Positions 47,600-56,991 of a DNA stretch of 64,000 nt are shown piece by piece. The notes below the pieces were generated by a model that ran no database searches, was not told the origin of the DNA, and saw nothing but the letters and a program-made list of their open reading frames with translations. The translations under genes and the position numbers were made by a program. Each line of letters starts with the position of its first letter. Position 1 is the first letter of the stretch. Source of the stretch: Candidatus Latescibacterota bacterium (GTDB taxonomy: Bacteria; Latescibacterota; UBA2968); assembly GCA_965204745.1 (NCBI GenBank), contig OZ242010.1, positions 96,001-160,000 of the forward strand, read 5' to 3'.

Positions 47600-48481
47600 T
47601 CAATTCTCCGTCAGAAGGGTTCTGATTTTCCGCATGCGTGCGGGATGCTTGAGGGCAGAGAGGGCTTTGTCGCGGATTTGGCGCACGCGCTCTTTGGTCA
47701 GGTTGAGGATGTTGCCGATTTGTTCGAGCGTCATGGTCTCGCCGCTGTTGATGCCAAAATACAGGCGCAAGACCCGGGCATCGCGCGGGGCCAACGTGTC
47801 GAGGGCCGTGTGGATTTCCTCGGCCATGGAATTTTCCATCAACACCTCTTCGGGCGTTTCCTGATTTTGGTCTGCCAACAGTTCCAGCATGTTGGTGTCC
47901 GGGCTGTCGTCGATGGGCTTGTCATAAGAAATGTGCCACCGAGACGCATTGAGCAGGTCTTGCACTTGACCGGGCTGCATGTCGGCGCGGGCCGCAATTT
48001 CATCGACTTGCGGTTCTCTGCCCAACATCTGTTTGAGGTCCGCAGAGATGCGCTCCAATTTGCTCAGGTGTTTGATCTTGTTCACCGGCAAGCGCACCAT
48101 GCGGGCTTTTTCTGCCAATGCGGACAAGATGCTCTGCCGAATCCACCACACGGCATAAGTGGTGAACTTGACGCCCACGGTTTCGTCGTAGCGAGTCGCC
48201 GCGCGCACGAGCCCCATGTTGCCTTCGGCGATGAGGTCTTCCAAGGGCAGGCCGCGCCCCTGATACTCTTTGGCAATGGTGATGACGAATCGCAAATTGG
48301 ATTCGATCATTTTGTTCAGGCTTTGGCGGTCTCCGTTGCGGATGCGCTTGGCCAGGGCGACTTCTTCTTGTGGCGAGAGCAATTCGTTGCACGCGATGTC
48401 TTTGAGATAGAGCTCAAATGCAGAACCCGTGCTACCATTTGTTCTGGGTGCGGTGTTGTAACTCATGAGTGCAGCAGGCAT
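47600..48481 (-). CDS. RNA polymerase sigma-70 factor, RpoD/RpoS-like, without region 1.1 (start uncertain)
   Basis: NLRFVI, DLIAEGNMGL, KFTTYAVWWIRQ, TLEQIG...TKERVRQI. Confidence 0.92.
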   Translation of the reverse strand: MPAALMSYNTAPRTNGSTGSAFELYLKDIACNELLSPQEEVALAKRIRNGDRQSLNKMIESNLRFVITIAKEYQGRGLPLEDLIAEGNMGLVRAATRYDETVGVKFTTYAVWWIRQSILSALAEKARMVRLPVNKIKHLSKLERISADLKQMLGREPQVDEIAARADMQPGQVQDLLNASRWHISYDKPIDDSPDTNMLELLADQNQETPEEVLMENSMAEEIHTALDTLAPRDARVLRLYFGINSGETMTLEQIGNILNLTKERVRQIRDKALSALKHPARMRKIRTLLTEN

Positions 48482-48870
48482 ATATTTCCCCCGTGACTTG
48501 GAAAACGACTCTCGGTCGCGTGTCTCGTCAACGGCACGCAAAAAAATGCGGATGCGATGACGCAATCCGACTTCGGTCGTTGCCAAAATAAACGCCCCTC
48601 GGTCATGGGGAAACCAAGGCGTGGTTGTGTGACAACATTGGGATAAGGGGAGTGTTGCTTTGGGGAGTGATTTGGAGGAAGGAATCGATCACGAGCCGCA
48701 GGGGAGCGGTGTTTTCGACCAAACCAAAATGCGTGGGGCAAGTATTGAGGAAATACTTGGGCGCACAAGATAGGGGATTAAACTTTGAAACGCAACAATA
48801 ATTTTCCCATTTTTTGCAAAAAATTGTCTGCATGTCAAAAAAAAACAACAAAAAGCACGAGTGCAAACGC

Positions 48871-51765
48871 TCAAGACTGCCCGTAATCCTGAACGAAAAT
48901 CAAAAAATCGCCAAAACCAATCTGTCCATCACCATCCAAATCGTATCGCACATCGTAGTTTGCATGCCCGGCCGCGTACCCGTAATGCGATGCGAACAAG
49001 AGGAAATCCTGAAACCCCACGCTGCCATTGCCATCAAAATCGGTCCGCAACCCGGCCTGGCGCGCAAAGGTTAAGACCAGCGGCTCGGCAAACACCTCGA
49101 ATTGTCCCGCCCGCCGGATGCGCGCCTGTCGCAACCGGATTTGACCCGCATCGGAGGCGCGAAAGCGGATGGTGCCGAGCCGTGCGGAGGGCTGCGCGAT
49201 TTTTCCGCCGAATGACGCGGCCATCACTTCAACCGCCGAAGCATCGTTGGCCGGGTGATAAGGCCCTGGCGAGTGTCCATTGGGAATCCCCTCTCCAATG
49301 TCAAATCCCTCGTAAGCCAACGCGGGCGCGTCAAAATCGAACAAGGCGCGAAAGCCGATGGCGTCTTTGACCTGCTGCCCGTGAATTTGCACGGCGATCA
49401 CGCCATCGGCGGGCAGGACATGCACGCCGTTATTTTTTTCTCCCTCTGTTGCGAGCGACAGCGCGAACCGCGTGCTTTGCGGCCGGTACCCGGTTCCGGA
49501 AACGCGAATGCCGACCGAAGGCGTTTGCGGGTCATTGCTGGATAGGGTCGCGCTGCCTTGCAGGTCGCCCGGTCTGCTGGGTTCAAAACGCAGGGTAAAA
49601 AAGCCGTTTCGCTTGGCGGGAATCGTCAATTGTTTCGGGATGGCCCCCACTTGATCATCGCTGGTGATAATGTCGGTAATGGACAGGGCCGCGTCTCCAA
49701 AATTCGTGACCGTGACGATCATCGACTTTGACGTACCGATCTCAACGCGCCCAAAATCGCGTGGGGACGTATCGACCGAGAGTTGCGGTGCCGGAGCGAC
49801 GGGTTGTTGAACGCCTCGTGCGCGCAACCGCACGGTGGCCCGATCCGGCAAATTGCTCAAAATGGTCATTGCGCCGGATTTATCGCCCAGGCTTTGCGGC
49901 GAAAAAGTGACGAAAATTTGCCCGCTGCGCCCCGGTGGCACCGTGAGGGACGATTGCGAGAGGCCATAGTCTCGAGAGGGCAACAGGATGGTCGTTATGA
50001 CCAAGGACGCCTGACCGGGATTGACAATCCCCAGTTCGAGGGTTTGGGATTGCCCCAACAAGACCGCGCCAAAATCGAGTTCCGTGCGCGAAAGGTTCAT
50101 GATGGGCGTGCCGATCAAAAGTGGAGACAACTCCAATCGCCCGGCGCCATAGACATTATCGGGGCCAGGAGTGCCCATATCCACCACAGATCGCATCAGC
50201 GCGTCCTTCAACCTCCGCGCATTGTAATGCACGGGGTTGGAAGATTTTAGGAGGGCCGCGGCCCCAGCGACATGGGGCGTTGCCGCGGATGTGCCGTAAT
50301 AGCCCGAAGGGCCGTAGCTTCGCGTGAGAACCCCCGCAGGCGCGACCAAGTCGGGTTTGATTCGCCCATCAAACGTCGGGCCTTGAGAACTATACGATTC
50401 AATCGGCCCCGTCGCATAGTTGCGATGCCCCAACGCGCCCACAGTCAGCGCGCCACGCGCATCCCCCGGCGAAGTCAATGACCCCGCAATGGATATAGGC
50501 CCGTCGAGATCATGGGATGGGCTGATCAATTTGAAAAGGGTCACTTTGGCGTCCCTTGCCCGCCAAACCGCCAAGCCGTAAGTTCCCGGTTCCCGAATGG
50601 TATAAACGAGCCACTCTAAGGGCGGCGAGTAAGATTGTTTGGTATCTGCACGCTCGACAACATCAGCACTGCCATCCGTCGCGATTTTTACGAGCAACAG
50701 ATCGTAGTCGTGAGACGTGCGCGGCCATTCATTCCAGGTCAAGACTGCTTTTACTTCGTCTCCTACTTGCACATTTTTGAGGTTGACGATTTCATCGCCT
50801 CCATCAAAGTTGTGATACCCGTTGGCATCCGGGTCGCTTAACTGTGCCGAGATTTTTCTTTGCGCCTCATTCCCCGCTGCGTTCACCCACAAAACATTGT
50901 TCTGAAACGCATCATCGGCAATTTCACACGCAATACCCGTTCCATCGCCAAACCCTCTCGCAAAATCCCATCCCAACGATACGGTGACAATATCGAGCCC
51001 CTCCTGAATTGCCGCGTCCTTGGCGTTTTCCAAACTGACCATATCATCCACCTTGTACAGATGAATTTCGGCATCCGGGGCAATGTCGTGAACGATTTCA
51101 GCGCAGGCCGATCCATGCACCATGGCATCTTCGGAAAGACTGCCGCGTTCAAAAATCCCTTCGCCCGTAAAATCCCGAGAAAACACCGCGGGCAATTCTC
51201 CTCGGTTTTGCAAGGATGGCACGTTGACAAAACCGATGTCAATGACCCCGACTTTTATGCCGCGCCCGGTAAAACCACTGCGCGAATAAACCGGTGCTTT
51301 GATGCGCTCTACACCCTCGCTGACGAGGAGTGGGCGCGGCTTGATGGGCAGTCGCACAAACTGCACACCCGCCACATGGGTCAACTTTTCGAGTGCGGAT
51401 ATGGGCGCGGACACTTTGACCAAATGCCGAGATTGGGCGACAATGCTGACGCCCAAATTGGATAACGCGCCAAAATCAATCCTTTCTGAAAGTTGCCCAT
51501 CTCGCGGCTCCAATACGACTGTGATATTTTCGCCATCGCTATCTGCCGCGCCGTATTGTTTTGCCGTCGCCTTGGCCAGTGCGCGTTTTTGTGCCACCCA
51601 GTTCTTTTGAATCCGCGCCAGCACCCCTTCCAACTTCGGGGGATGATCGACCTTTTCGTACTCAAGTTGAGTCGCCTGCACGGAAGCGGTTAAACTCAGC
51701 GCAACAGCGTGCAAAAACAGGACGAGCACAGAGAGAACCCCGCGCCGAGAGGAACGAACCATCAC
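48871..51765 (-). CDS. S8 serine peptidase with Ig-like (choice-of-anchor D), cohesin-like and dockerin-like domains
   Basis: VIDIG, HGSACA, AAGN, GTSAATP triad motifs; two DFG.V Ig repeats; C-terminal DFDGNGSVGFQDF...DLDGDGQIGFGDF. Confidence 0.85.
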   Translation of the reverse strand: MMVRSSRRGVLSVLVLFLHAVALSLTASVQATQLEYEKVDHPPKLEGVLARIQKNWVAQKRALAKATAKQYGAADSDGENITVVLEPRDGQLSERIDFGALSNLGVSIVAQSRHLVKVSAPISALEKLTHVAGVQFVRLPIKPRPLLVSEGVERIKAPVYSRSGFTGRGIKVGVIDIGFVNVPSLQNRGELPAVFSRDFTGEGIFERGSLSEDAMVHGSACAEIVHDIAPDAEIHLYKVDDMVSLENAKDAAIQEGLDIVTVSLGWDFARGFGDGTGIACEIADDAFQNNVLWVNAAGNEAQRKISAQLSDPDANGYHNFDGGDEIVNLKNVQVGDEVKAVLTWNEWPRTSHDYDLLLVKIATDGSADVVERADTKQSYSPPLEWLVYTIREPGTYGLAVWRARDAKVTLFKLISPSHDLDGPISIAGSLTSPGDARGALTVGALGHRNYATGPIESYSSQGPTFDGRIKPDLVAPAGVLTRSYGPSGYYGTSAATPHVAGAAALLKSSNPVHYNARRLKDALMRSVVDMGTPGPDNVYGAGRLELSPLLIGTPIMNLSRTELDFGAVLLGQSQTLELGIVNPGQASLVITTILLPSRDYGLSQSSLTVPPGRSGQIFVTFSPQSLGDKSGAMTILSNLPDRATVRLRARGVQQPVAPAPQLSVDTSPRDFGRVEIGTSKSMIVTVTNFGDAALSITDIITSDDQVGAIPKQLTIPAKRNGFFTLRFEPSRPGDLQGSATLSSNDPQTPSVGIRVSGTGYRPQSTRFALSLATEGEKNNGVHVLPADGVIAVQIHGQQVKDAIGFRALFDFDAPALAYEGFDIGEGIPNGHSPGPYHPANDASAVEVMAASFGGKIAQPSARLGTIRFRASDAGQIRLRQARIRRAGQFEVFAEPLVLTFARQAGLRTDFDGNGSVGFQDFLLFASHYGYAAGHANYDVRYDLDGDGQIGFGDFLIFVQDYGQS

Positions 51766-52896
51766 TCACTGTCCTTTGCCAAAATTTTCCGAAAAAATGA
51801 GGAAATCATCGCCATCCACATCGCCATCATCGTCCAAATCACCCCTTAAGGAGGTGGTCGAACCGGCGTTGGATTGGGCAGAGTTGCTCGACCAAGTCGT
51901 GATACCCTGCGGGGACAGCGTGCGGACAATGCCATTGCCATCTAACGTGGCTGTCATGTCGGCAAGCAACCTTTCCCGGTTGTCCTGGATGCCGATATAG
52001 CCATTTTCGTTCGCGCCAACGATCCAAGCACCGAGGGTGCCATAGCGATTGCTCACTCTGATCAATCCATTATCGTTTGTATTTGATCCTGCTGTAATGA
52101 GTTCTGTGCCCGTTTCGGACTTGAGTCTCAATACACCTCGCCCCTCGCCACTCCATCCCAAATAAGCAATTTGCTGGTCGTTGTTATTGTATAGATCCAC
52201 ATTGCCTGCGGTCTCATCTGCATACATGGACGCCAACCTTTTTCCCGATGCGTTCCTCAGACTCAACAGTCCATTGCCCCGAGTACTTGCCCCAAGATAC
52301 GCCAAATTTTCACTTTCATTGTTGATGTGTATCGCGGGGGTTTCATCCGCGCCCAGACTAATCAAATGCACGCCATTTTTGTTTTTTACGTTGATCAATC
52401 CATCGCCTGACTCAACATCTGATCCCAAAGCAATGAGATTATTTTCTTCTGTTGTATTGATCAACACATGTCCATTGCCATTTGAAGCACTCGATCCAAT
52501 ATAAACCAGTTGCCTGCCTTCCGCAGAATTGACAAAAATAAGGCCCCCGCCCACGGTACTAGGCCACAATTCAACGACTGCTTGCCCGGTGCTGTTCACA
52601 ATCTGCAATCCGCTCGTGCGAATCGGCCCCTGCGTTTGCGCCGTTGCTTTTCCCGATCTCTGTGCGGCTGGATGCCTTGTAGCGGGCCTGTCTTCGGTTG
52701 GCGCGTTGGGGATTTCAAAATCGGCTTTGGGCTTTGGAATAGGCGCGAGGAATGAGCCGATCCGCAATGGCGAAATGCCCTCTGTTGAGGCAACCGAGAT
52801 CATTGCCAGCAACAGAAAACACAACAAGATGTTGAAATTGCGGTAGCGCGCAACGCGCGTTTCCAATTTGCCCAAACGCTCTTCAACTGAATTCAT
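51766..52896 (-). CDS. Membrane-anchored beta-repeat protein with a single EF-hand/dockerin half
   Basis: N-terminal TM helix, ~23-aa G-x-L/I-x-x-x-N repeats, C-terminal GDLDDDGDVDGDDFLIF; SD AGGAG. Confidence 0.7.
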   Translation of the reverse strand: MNSVEERLGKLETRVARYRNFNILLCFLLLAMISVASTEGISPLRIGSFLAPIPKPKADFEIPNAPTEDRPATRHPAAQRSGKATAQTQGPIRTSGLQIVNSTGQAVVELWPSTVGGGLIFVNSAEGRQLVYIGSSASNGNGHVLINTTEENNLIALGSDVESGDGLINVKNKNGVHLISLGADETPAIHINNESENLAYLGASTRGNGLLSLRNASGKRLASMYADETAGNVDLYNNNDQQIAYLGWSGEGRGVLRLKSETGTELITAGSNTNDNGLIRVSNRYGTLGAWIVGANENGYIGIQDNRERLLADMTATLDGNGIVRTLSPQGITTWSSNSAQSNAGSTTSLRGDLDDDGDVDGDDFLIFSENFGKGQ

Positions 52897-52941
52897 AATG
52901 CTTTCTCCTGTGTTGAGGTGGTGAACATCGAACAAACGCAT

Positions 52942-52975
52942 AGCGGGTCGGTACTCGGGCGAGTACCGACCCGCT
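52942..52975 (-). terminator. Perfect 15-bp hairpin after the hendecad protein gene
   Basis: AGCGGGTCGGTACTC-GGGC-GAGTACCGACCCGCT. Confidence 0.6.
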
Positions 52976-53007
52976 CTCATTGGGATTCCATACAGATCGG
53001 CTCTGGA

Positions 53008-53511
53008 TTATTTGAAATACAAACCCGCAAGCCCCAACAACATCACGATAAAAATGCCGACAAGCCATTGCCGCGTCGCTCGCAATTCCCGGAACTGATT
53101 GTCCATATCCCGTTTCAAGTCATCAAATCGCTTATCGACATCTCGTTTCAAGTCGTTAAACCGGTTGTTCATATCATCGAACCGGTTGTTCATGCTCTCT
53201 TTCAAATCCTCGAACCGCTTATCGACACTTTCAAACCTGCTGTTCATCTCCTGTTTCAGGTCACCGAACCGCTTGTCCATGTCGCGTTTCAGGTCATCGA
53301 ACCGGTTGTCCATGTCGCGTTTCAAGTCATCGAACCGGTTGTTCATATCCTCAAACCGGTTGTTTGAACTCTCTTTCAAATCCTCAAACCGCTTGTCCAT
53401 TTGGTCGAGAAAACCGCCCAAATAGCCCTGCTGTTTCTGCGTTTCGCTTTGAAAAAACTTTGCCCAATTTTCAAACCCATTTGACGATTTCCGTTCTTTT
53501 GGGGTGCTCAT
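53008..53511 (-). CDS. Heptad/hendecad-repeat coiled-coil protein with C-terminal TM helix
   Basis: Repeats MD(K/N)RF(E/D)DLKRD and MNNRFED; tail WLVGIFIVMLLGLAGLYFK; SD AAGGAG. Confidence 0.8.
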   Translation of the reverse strand: MSTPKERKSSNGFENWAKFFQSETQKQQGYLGGFLDQMDKRFEDLKESSNNRFEDMNNRFDDLKRDMDNRFDDLKRDMDKRFGDLKQEMNSRFESVDKRFEDLKESMNNRFDDMNNRFNDLKRDVDKRFDDLKRDMDNQFRELRATRQWLVGIFIVMLLGLAGLYFK

Positions 53512-53808
53512 GGTCATCTCCTTTCGCAAAGCCAACACAACTGTCCATAACATAATAGCCAATTTTGGTTTTTTTTCAAGGAGAAATATCGTGCTATCGG
53601 CAATCAGTACAGATAGAGCGAAAAAAGGCACTGGATTCCGACCCCTGCTTTATGCTTTTGTCAGAATGACGGTGGGCGAGTGTTTTACGTACTGAATAAC
53701 ACCATTGCCTCACGTCTTGTATCTTTGGGCGAGCACGGGGGCGTTGCCCCGTTCCGTCTATTCGCTTGACTTCAATGCGGTCAAACAATAGGTTTGAACC
53801 GCAAAATA

Positions 53809-55587
53809 ATGCCCCTCAAATCCCATCGCGTTATGACCTTTATCAAACAAATCTACGACCTGCTCGAGGGCCGCCGCCTTTTTATGGCCTGTTCGATTGC
53901 CTGCGGATTGATCTTTGCAGCGGCCAATTTGATTCCGCCATTGCTCATCCGCAAACTCATCCAGTGGCTCACCGAGGCGCAACCCGTTGGGGACCTCGTG
54001 TGGATCAGCATCCTGCTCTTTGGGGTTTATGTGTTGCGCGGCGTCTCGCGGTATGGGTATGGCTTTTTTTCCCACGTCACGGCGTACCGCGTGATGCACG
54101 CCTTGATGACGCGGGTGTACGCGCATCTGCAAAATTTGTCCCACAGCTTTTTTAATCGGCAACGCACCGGCAATTTGATGGCGCGGTCTATCAATGACAT
54201 CGAAGCCATTGAGGATTTTATCGCGCACGGCATCCCGGAAACCGCACTCGCTACGGTCATTCCCATCTCCATGATCACCGTGCTCTTTTACCTCAATCCG
54301 GAACTCGCGCTCATCGCCATTTTGCCCATACCGCTCGCGGCGTTTCTCGTGTACCGCTACGTGTCCAAAGTGCGTGCGATGTGGCAGGCGGTGCGCGAGC
54401 GGCTTTCCGAACTCGCGGCATTGGTGCAAGACAATTTGTCGGGCATTGCGGTGATCAAATCCTTTGCCCGAGAGCGCGAATGCGCGCGGCATGTGGCCGA
54501 CCGCAGCGCGAAATTTCACGACCGCTTGATCGAGGCCAACACGATCTCGCTCTTGCCGGCCGGAATTATCGAAGCCACAGGTGGATTGGGCATTGTGTGC
54601 GTGATATGGAGCGGGGGCAACATGGCCCTCGACGACCGCATTTCGGTGGCGGATTTGTTCGTGTTCATCGTTTATATGGCGCATATCTACCAGCCGTTTT
54701 TGCAGTTGGCGTCTTTTAATGACGTGCTTCAAAAAGCCGCTGTGAGCACCAACCGGGTTTTTCAACTGCTCGCTGTGCGCCCGGAAATTACGGACGCGCC
54801 GCACGTTGTCGCGCCCAAGGCTATCGCTTGGGATGTTCACCTCGACGGACTCACCTTTGGCTACGACCCCGCAGTACCCGTGTTGCACGACATCGACATT
54901 TACATCGGCGAAGGGGAAATCCTCGCGTTGGTCGGCCCCACGGGCGCGGGCAAATCCACGGTTGCCAATCTCTTGCCCCGGTTTTACGACCCACAGCGCG
55001 GCGCGGTTCGCATCGGCGGGCATGACCTGCGCGACATGCCCATCGCGTTTGTGCGCGAAAACATCGCTTCGGTCTTGCAAGACGTGTTTCTGTTTCACGG
55101 CACGGTCTATGAAAATCTGATCTTTGGCCGCCCGGATGCGTCCGAGCGTGCGGTGCGAGAAGCCGCCAATGCCGCCAATGCCCATGCGTTTATCCGCGAC
55201 TTGCCTCGTGGCTACGACACGGTGATCGGGGAACGCGGCGTACGCCTGTCTGGCGGTCAAAAACAGCGGCTCTCCATTGCCCGCGCCCTCCTCAAGGACG
55301 CGCCCATCCTCATCTTGGACGAAGCCACATCCTCTGTCGATGTCGAAACCGAGGCCCTGATTCAAGAAGCCCTTTCCCGGCTCACGCAAAACCGCACCAC
55401 CCTCGTCATTGCCCATCGTCTTTCCACCGTGCGCCGCGCCCACGCCATTGTGGTGCTCGACGAAGGCCGCATAGTCGAAACCGGGAACCACGATACCCTC
55501 ATCGCCCGCGAGGGACTCTACGCGCGCATGGTTCGGGCACAAGACCTCACGCGAGACGGGGATTTCCTTCCGCATGTTGCGGATTGA
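53809..55587 (+). CDS. ABC exporter, fused permease/ATPase (MsbA/MdlB-like); start uncertain
   Basis: N-terminal TM domain, GPTGAGKST, LSGGQKQR, ILDEATSSVD, IAHRLST. Confidence 0.93.
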   Translation: MPLKSHRVMTFIKQIYDLLEGRRLFMACSIACGLIFAAANLIPPLLIRKLIQWLTEAQPVGDLVWISILLFGVYVLRGVSRYGYGFFSHVTAYRVMHALMTRVYAHLQNLSHSFFNRQRTGNLMARSINDIEAIEDFIAHGIPETALATVIPISMITVLFYLNPELALIAILPIPLAAFLVYRYVSKVRAMWQAVRERLSELAALVQDNLSGIAVIKSFARERECARHVADRSAKFHDRLIEANTISLLPAGIIEATGGLGIVCVIWSGGNMALDDRISVADLFVFIVYMAHIYQPFLQLASFNDVLQKAAVSTNRVFQLLAVRPEITDAPHVVAPKAIAWDVHLDGLTFGYDPAVPVLHDIDIYIGEGEILALVGPTGAGKSTVANLLPRFYDPQRGAVRIGGHDLRDMPIAFVRENIASVLQDVFLFHGTVYENLIFGRPDASERAVREAANAANAHAFIRDLPRGYDTVIGERGVRLSGGQKQRLSIARALLKDAPILILDEATSSVDVETEALIQEALSRLTQNRTTLVIAHRLSTVRRAHAIVVLDEGRIVETGNHDTLIAREGLYARMVRAQDLTRDGDFLPHVAD

Positions 55588-55776
55588 GGGGTCAGTCCCC
55601 GCACCGTGCCTAAGCGAGACGTGAGATGAGATTTTAGCCACGAGCGGGGTACAACTGGCGATAACCCGTTCAAAAACGAGCAGTGTGTAGGTCTTCTCCC
55701 GTCTTGCCTCTCACCTCTCACCTTTTTAGGCGATGCCTCCGTGCCTCGCCCAAAGATACAAGAGGATTTGGGGCCG

Positions 55777-56003
55777 GTGGGCCTCTCCCTCTCCCCTCTG
55801 CCCTCTTGCGTCTCACTTGCGGGCGGCGGACGGGCGGGTGGGCCTCTCCCCTCTGCCCTCTTACGTCTCACTTGCAGGAGGTGGACGGGCGGGTGGGTGG
55901 GCCTCTCCCTCTCCCCTCTGCCCTCTTACGTCTCACTTTCGGGAGGCGGACAGGCGGGGCGGACTGACAACTGACAACTGACAACTGACAACTGACAACT
56001 GAC
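55777..56003. repeat. Three ~55-60-bp GGTGGGCCTCTCCC...CGTCTCACTT units followed by a (CTGACAA)n heptamer tract
   Basis: Seen directly. Confidence 0.8.
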
Positions 56004-56991
56004 AATGCGAATTAAGAGTTGAATCCATCGCGTACTTGTCTTTTTTTGAGGGCTCAATCATTTCACCCTTAAAGGAAGGAGCACGCGATGGATTGGCAAG
56101 ATAAACTCATTCACTTGTATGTCTATATTTGTCAGCAGTATGACCAAAAGCATCTGTGGTTTTATACGGAACGCATGAGTAATAACGACACGCCGACCTT
56201 CACAGATGAAGAAGTGCTGACGATCTATTTGTTTGGGATCATGCAACAACACACGCAGATCAAGGCGATTTATACCTATACCAAGGATCATTTGTTCGAC
56301 TGGTTTCCCAATCTGCCCACTTATGCAGGCTATATCCAGCGGTTGAACCGCTTGTGTGTGGTCTTCGCCCCATTGATTGAACAAATCCAAAAGGATAGTC
56401 CCGCAACCGATGTCTCTGAACACACCTACTTGGTGGATTCCATGCCGATTGTCATGGCACAATCGGCACGTAGCGGAAAGGCATGTGTGGCTGAAGAACA
56501 ACGGGCCAACAAAGGCCGCTGCGCTTCCAAAAAGATGTGGTATTACGGCACCAAACTGCACATGGTCGCACAAGACCGCGAGAATGGCCTCCCGAAAGCA
56601 GAGTACTTCGGCTTGACAGGCGCAGCAGAGCATGACCTGACTGCTTTGCGACACGTCTTACCCGTTTTGCGTGATGGACACCTCTACGGCGATAAACTCT
56701 ACGCCGATCAGCCCTTAAAAGACACGCTTAGCAAACAGCAGAACCTGATCTTCGAGACGCCGGTGAAGCGAAAAAAGGGGCAAGAAAGCCTGACCGAGGC
56801 CGAAAAAGACTTTTCTCGGGCGGTTTCGAGCATGCGACAGCCTATAGAGGCCTTGTTCAGTTGGATTGAACGAAAGACGAACATCTCGATGGCGTCTCGG
56901 GTACGATCCTATGAGGGCTTACTCGTTCATGTCTTTGGGCGATTGACCGCGGCTTGCTTCTTACTCGCTTTCTACTCTTAATTCGCATTGT
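56002..56991 (+). mobile_element. IS982-family insertion sequence
   Basis: Perfect 18-bp IR ACAATGCGAATTAAGAGT / ACTCTTAATTCGCATTGT; ~1 kb; single transposase; no matching target duplication. Confidence 0.88.
56088..56981 (+). CDS. IS982-family DDE transposase
   Basis: FTDEEV, VDSMP, YYGTKLH, GDKLY, RQPIEALFS; stop codon inside the right IR. Confidence 0.9.
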   Translation: MDWQDKLIHLYVYICQQYDQKHLWFYTERMSNNDTPTFTDEEVLTIYLFGIMQQHTQIKAIYTYTKDHLFDWFPNLPTYAGYIQRLNRLCVVFAPLIEQIQKDSPATDVSEHTYLVDSMPIVMAQSARSGKACVAEEQRANKGRCASKKMWYYGTKLHMVAQDRENGLPKAEYFGLTGAAEHDLTALRHVLPVLRDGHLYGDKLYADQPLKDTLSKQQNLIFETPVKRKKGQESLTEAEKDFSRAVSSMRQPIEALFSWIERKTNISMASRVRSYEGLLVHVFGRLTAACFLLAFYS

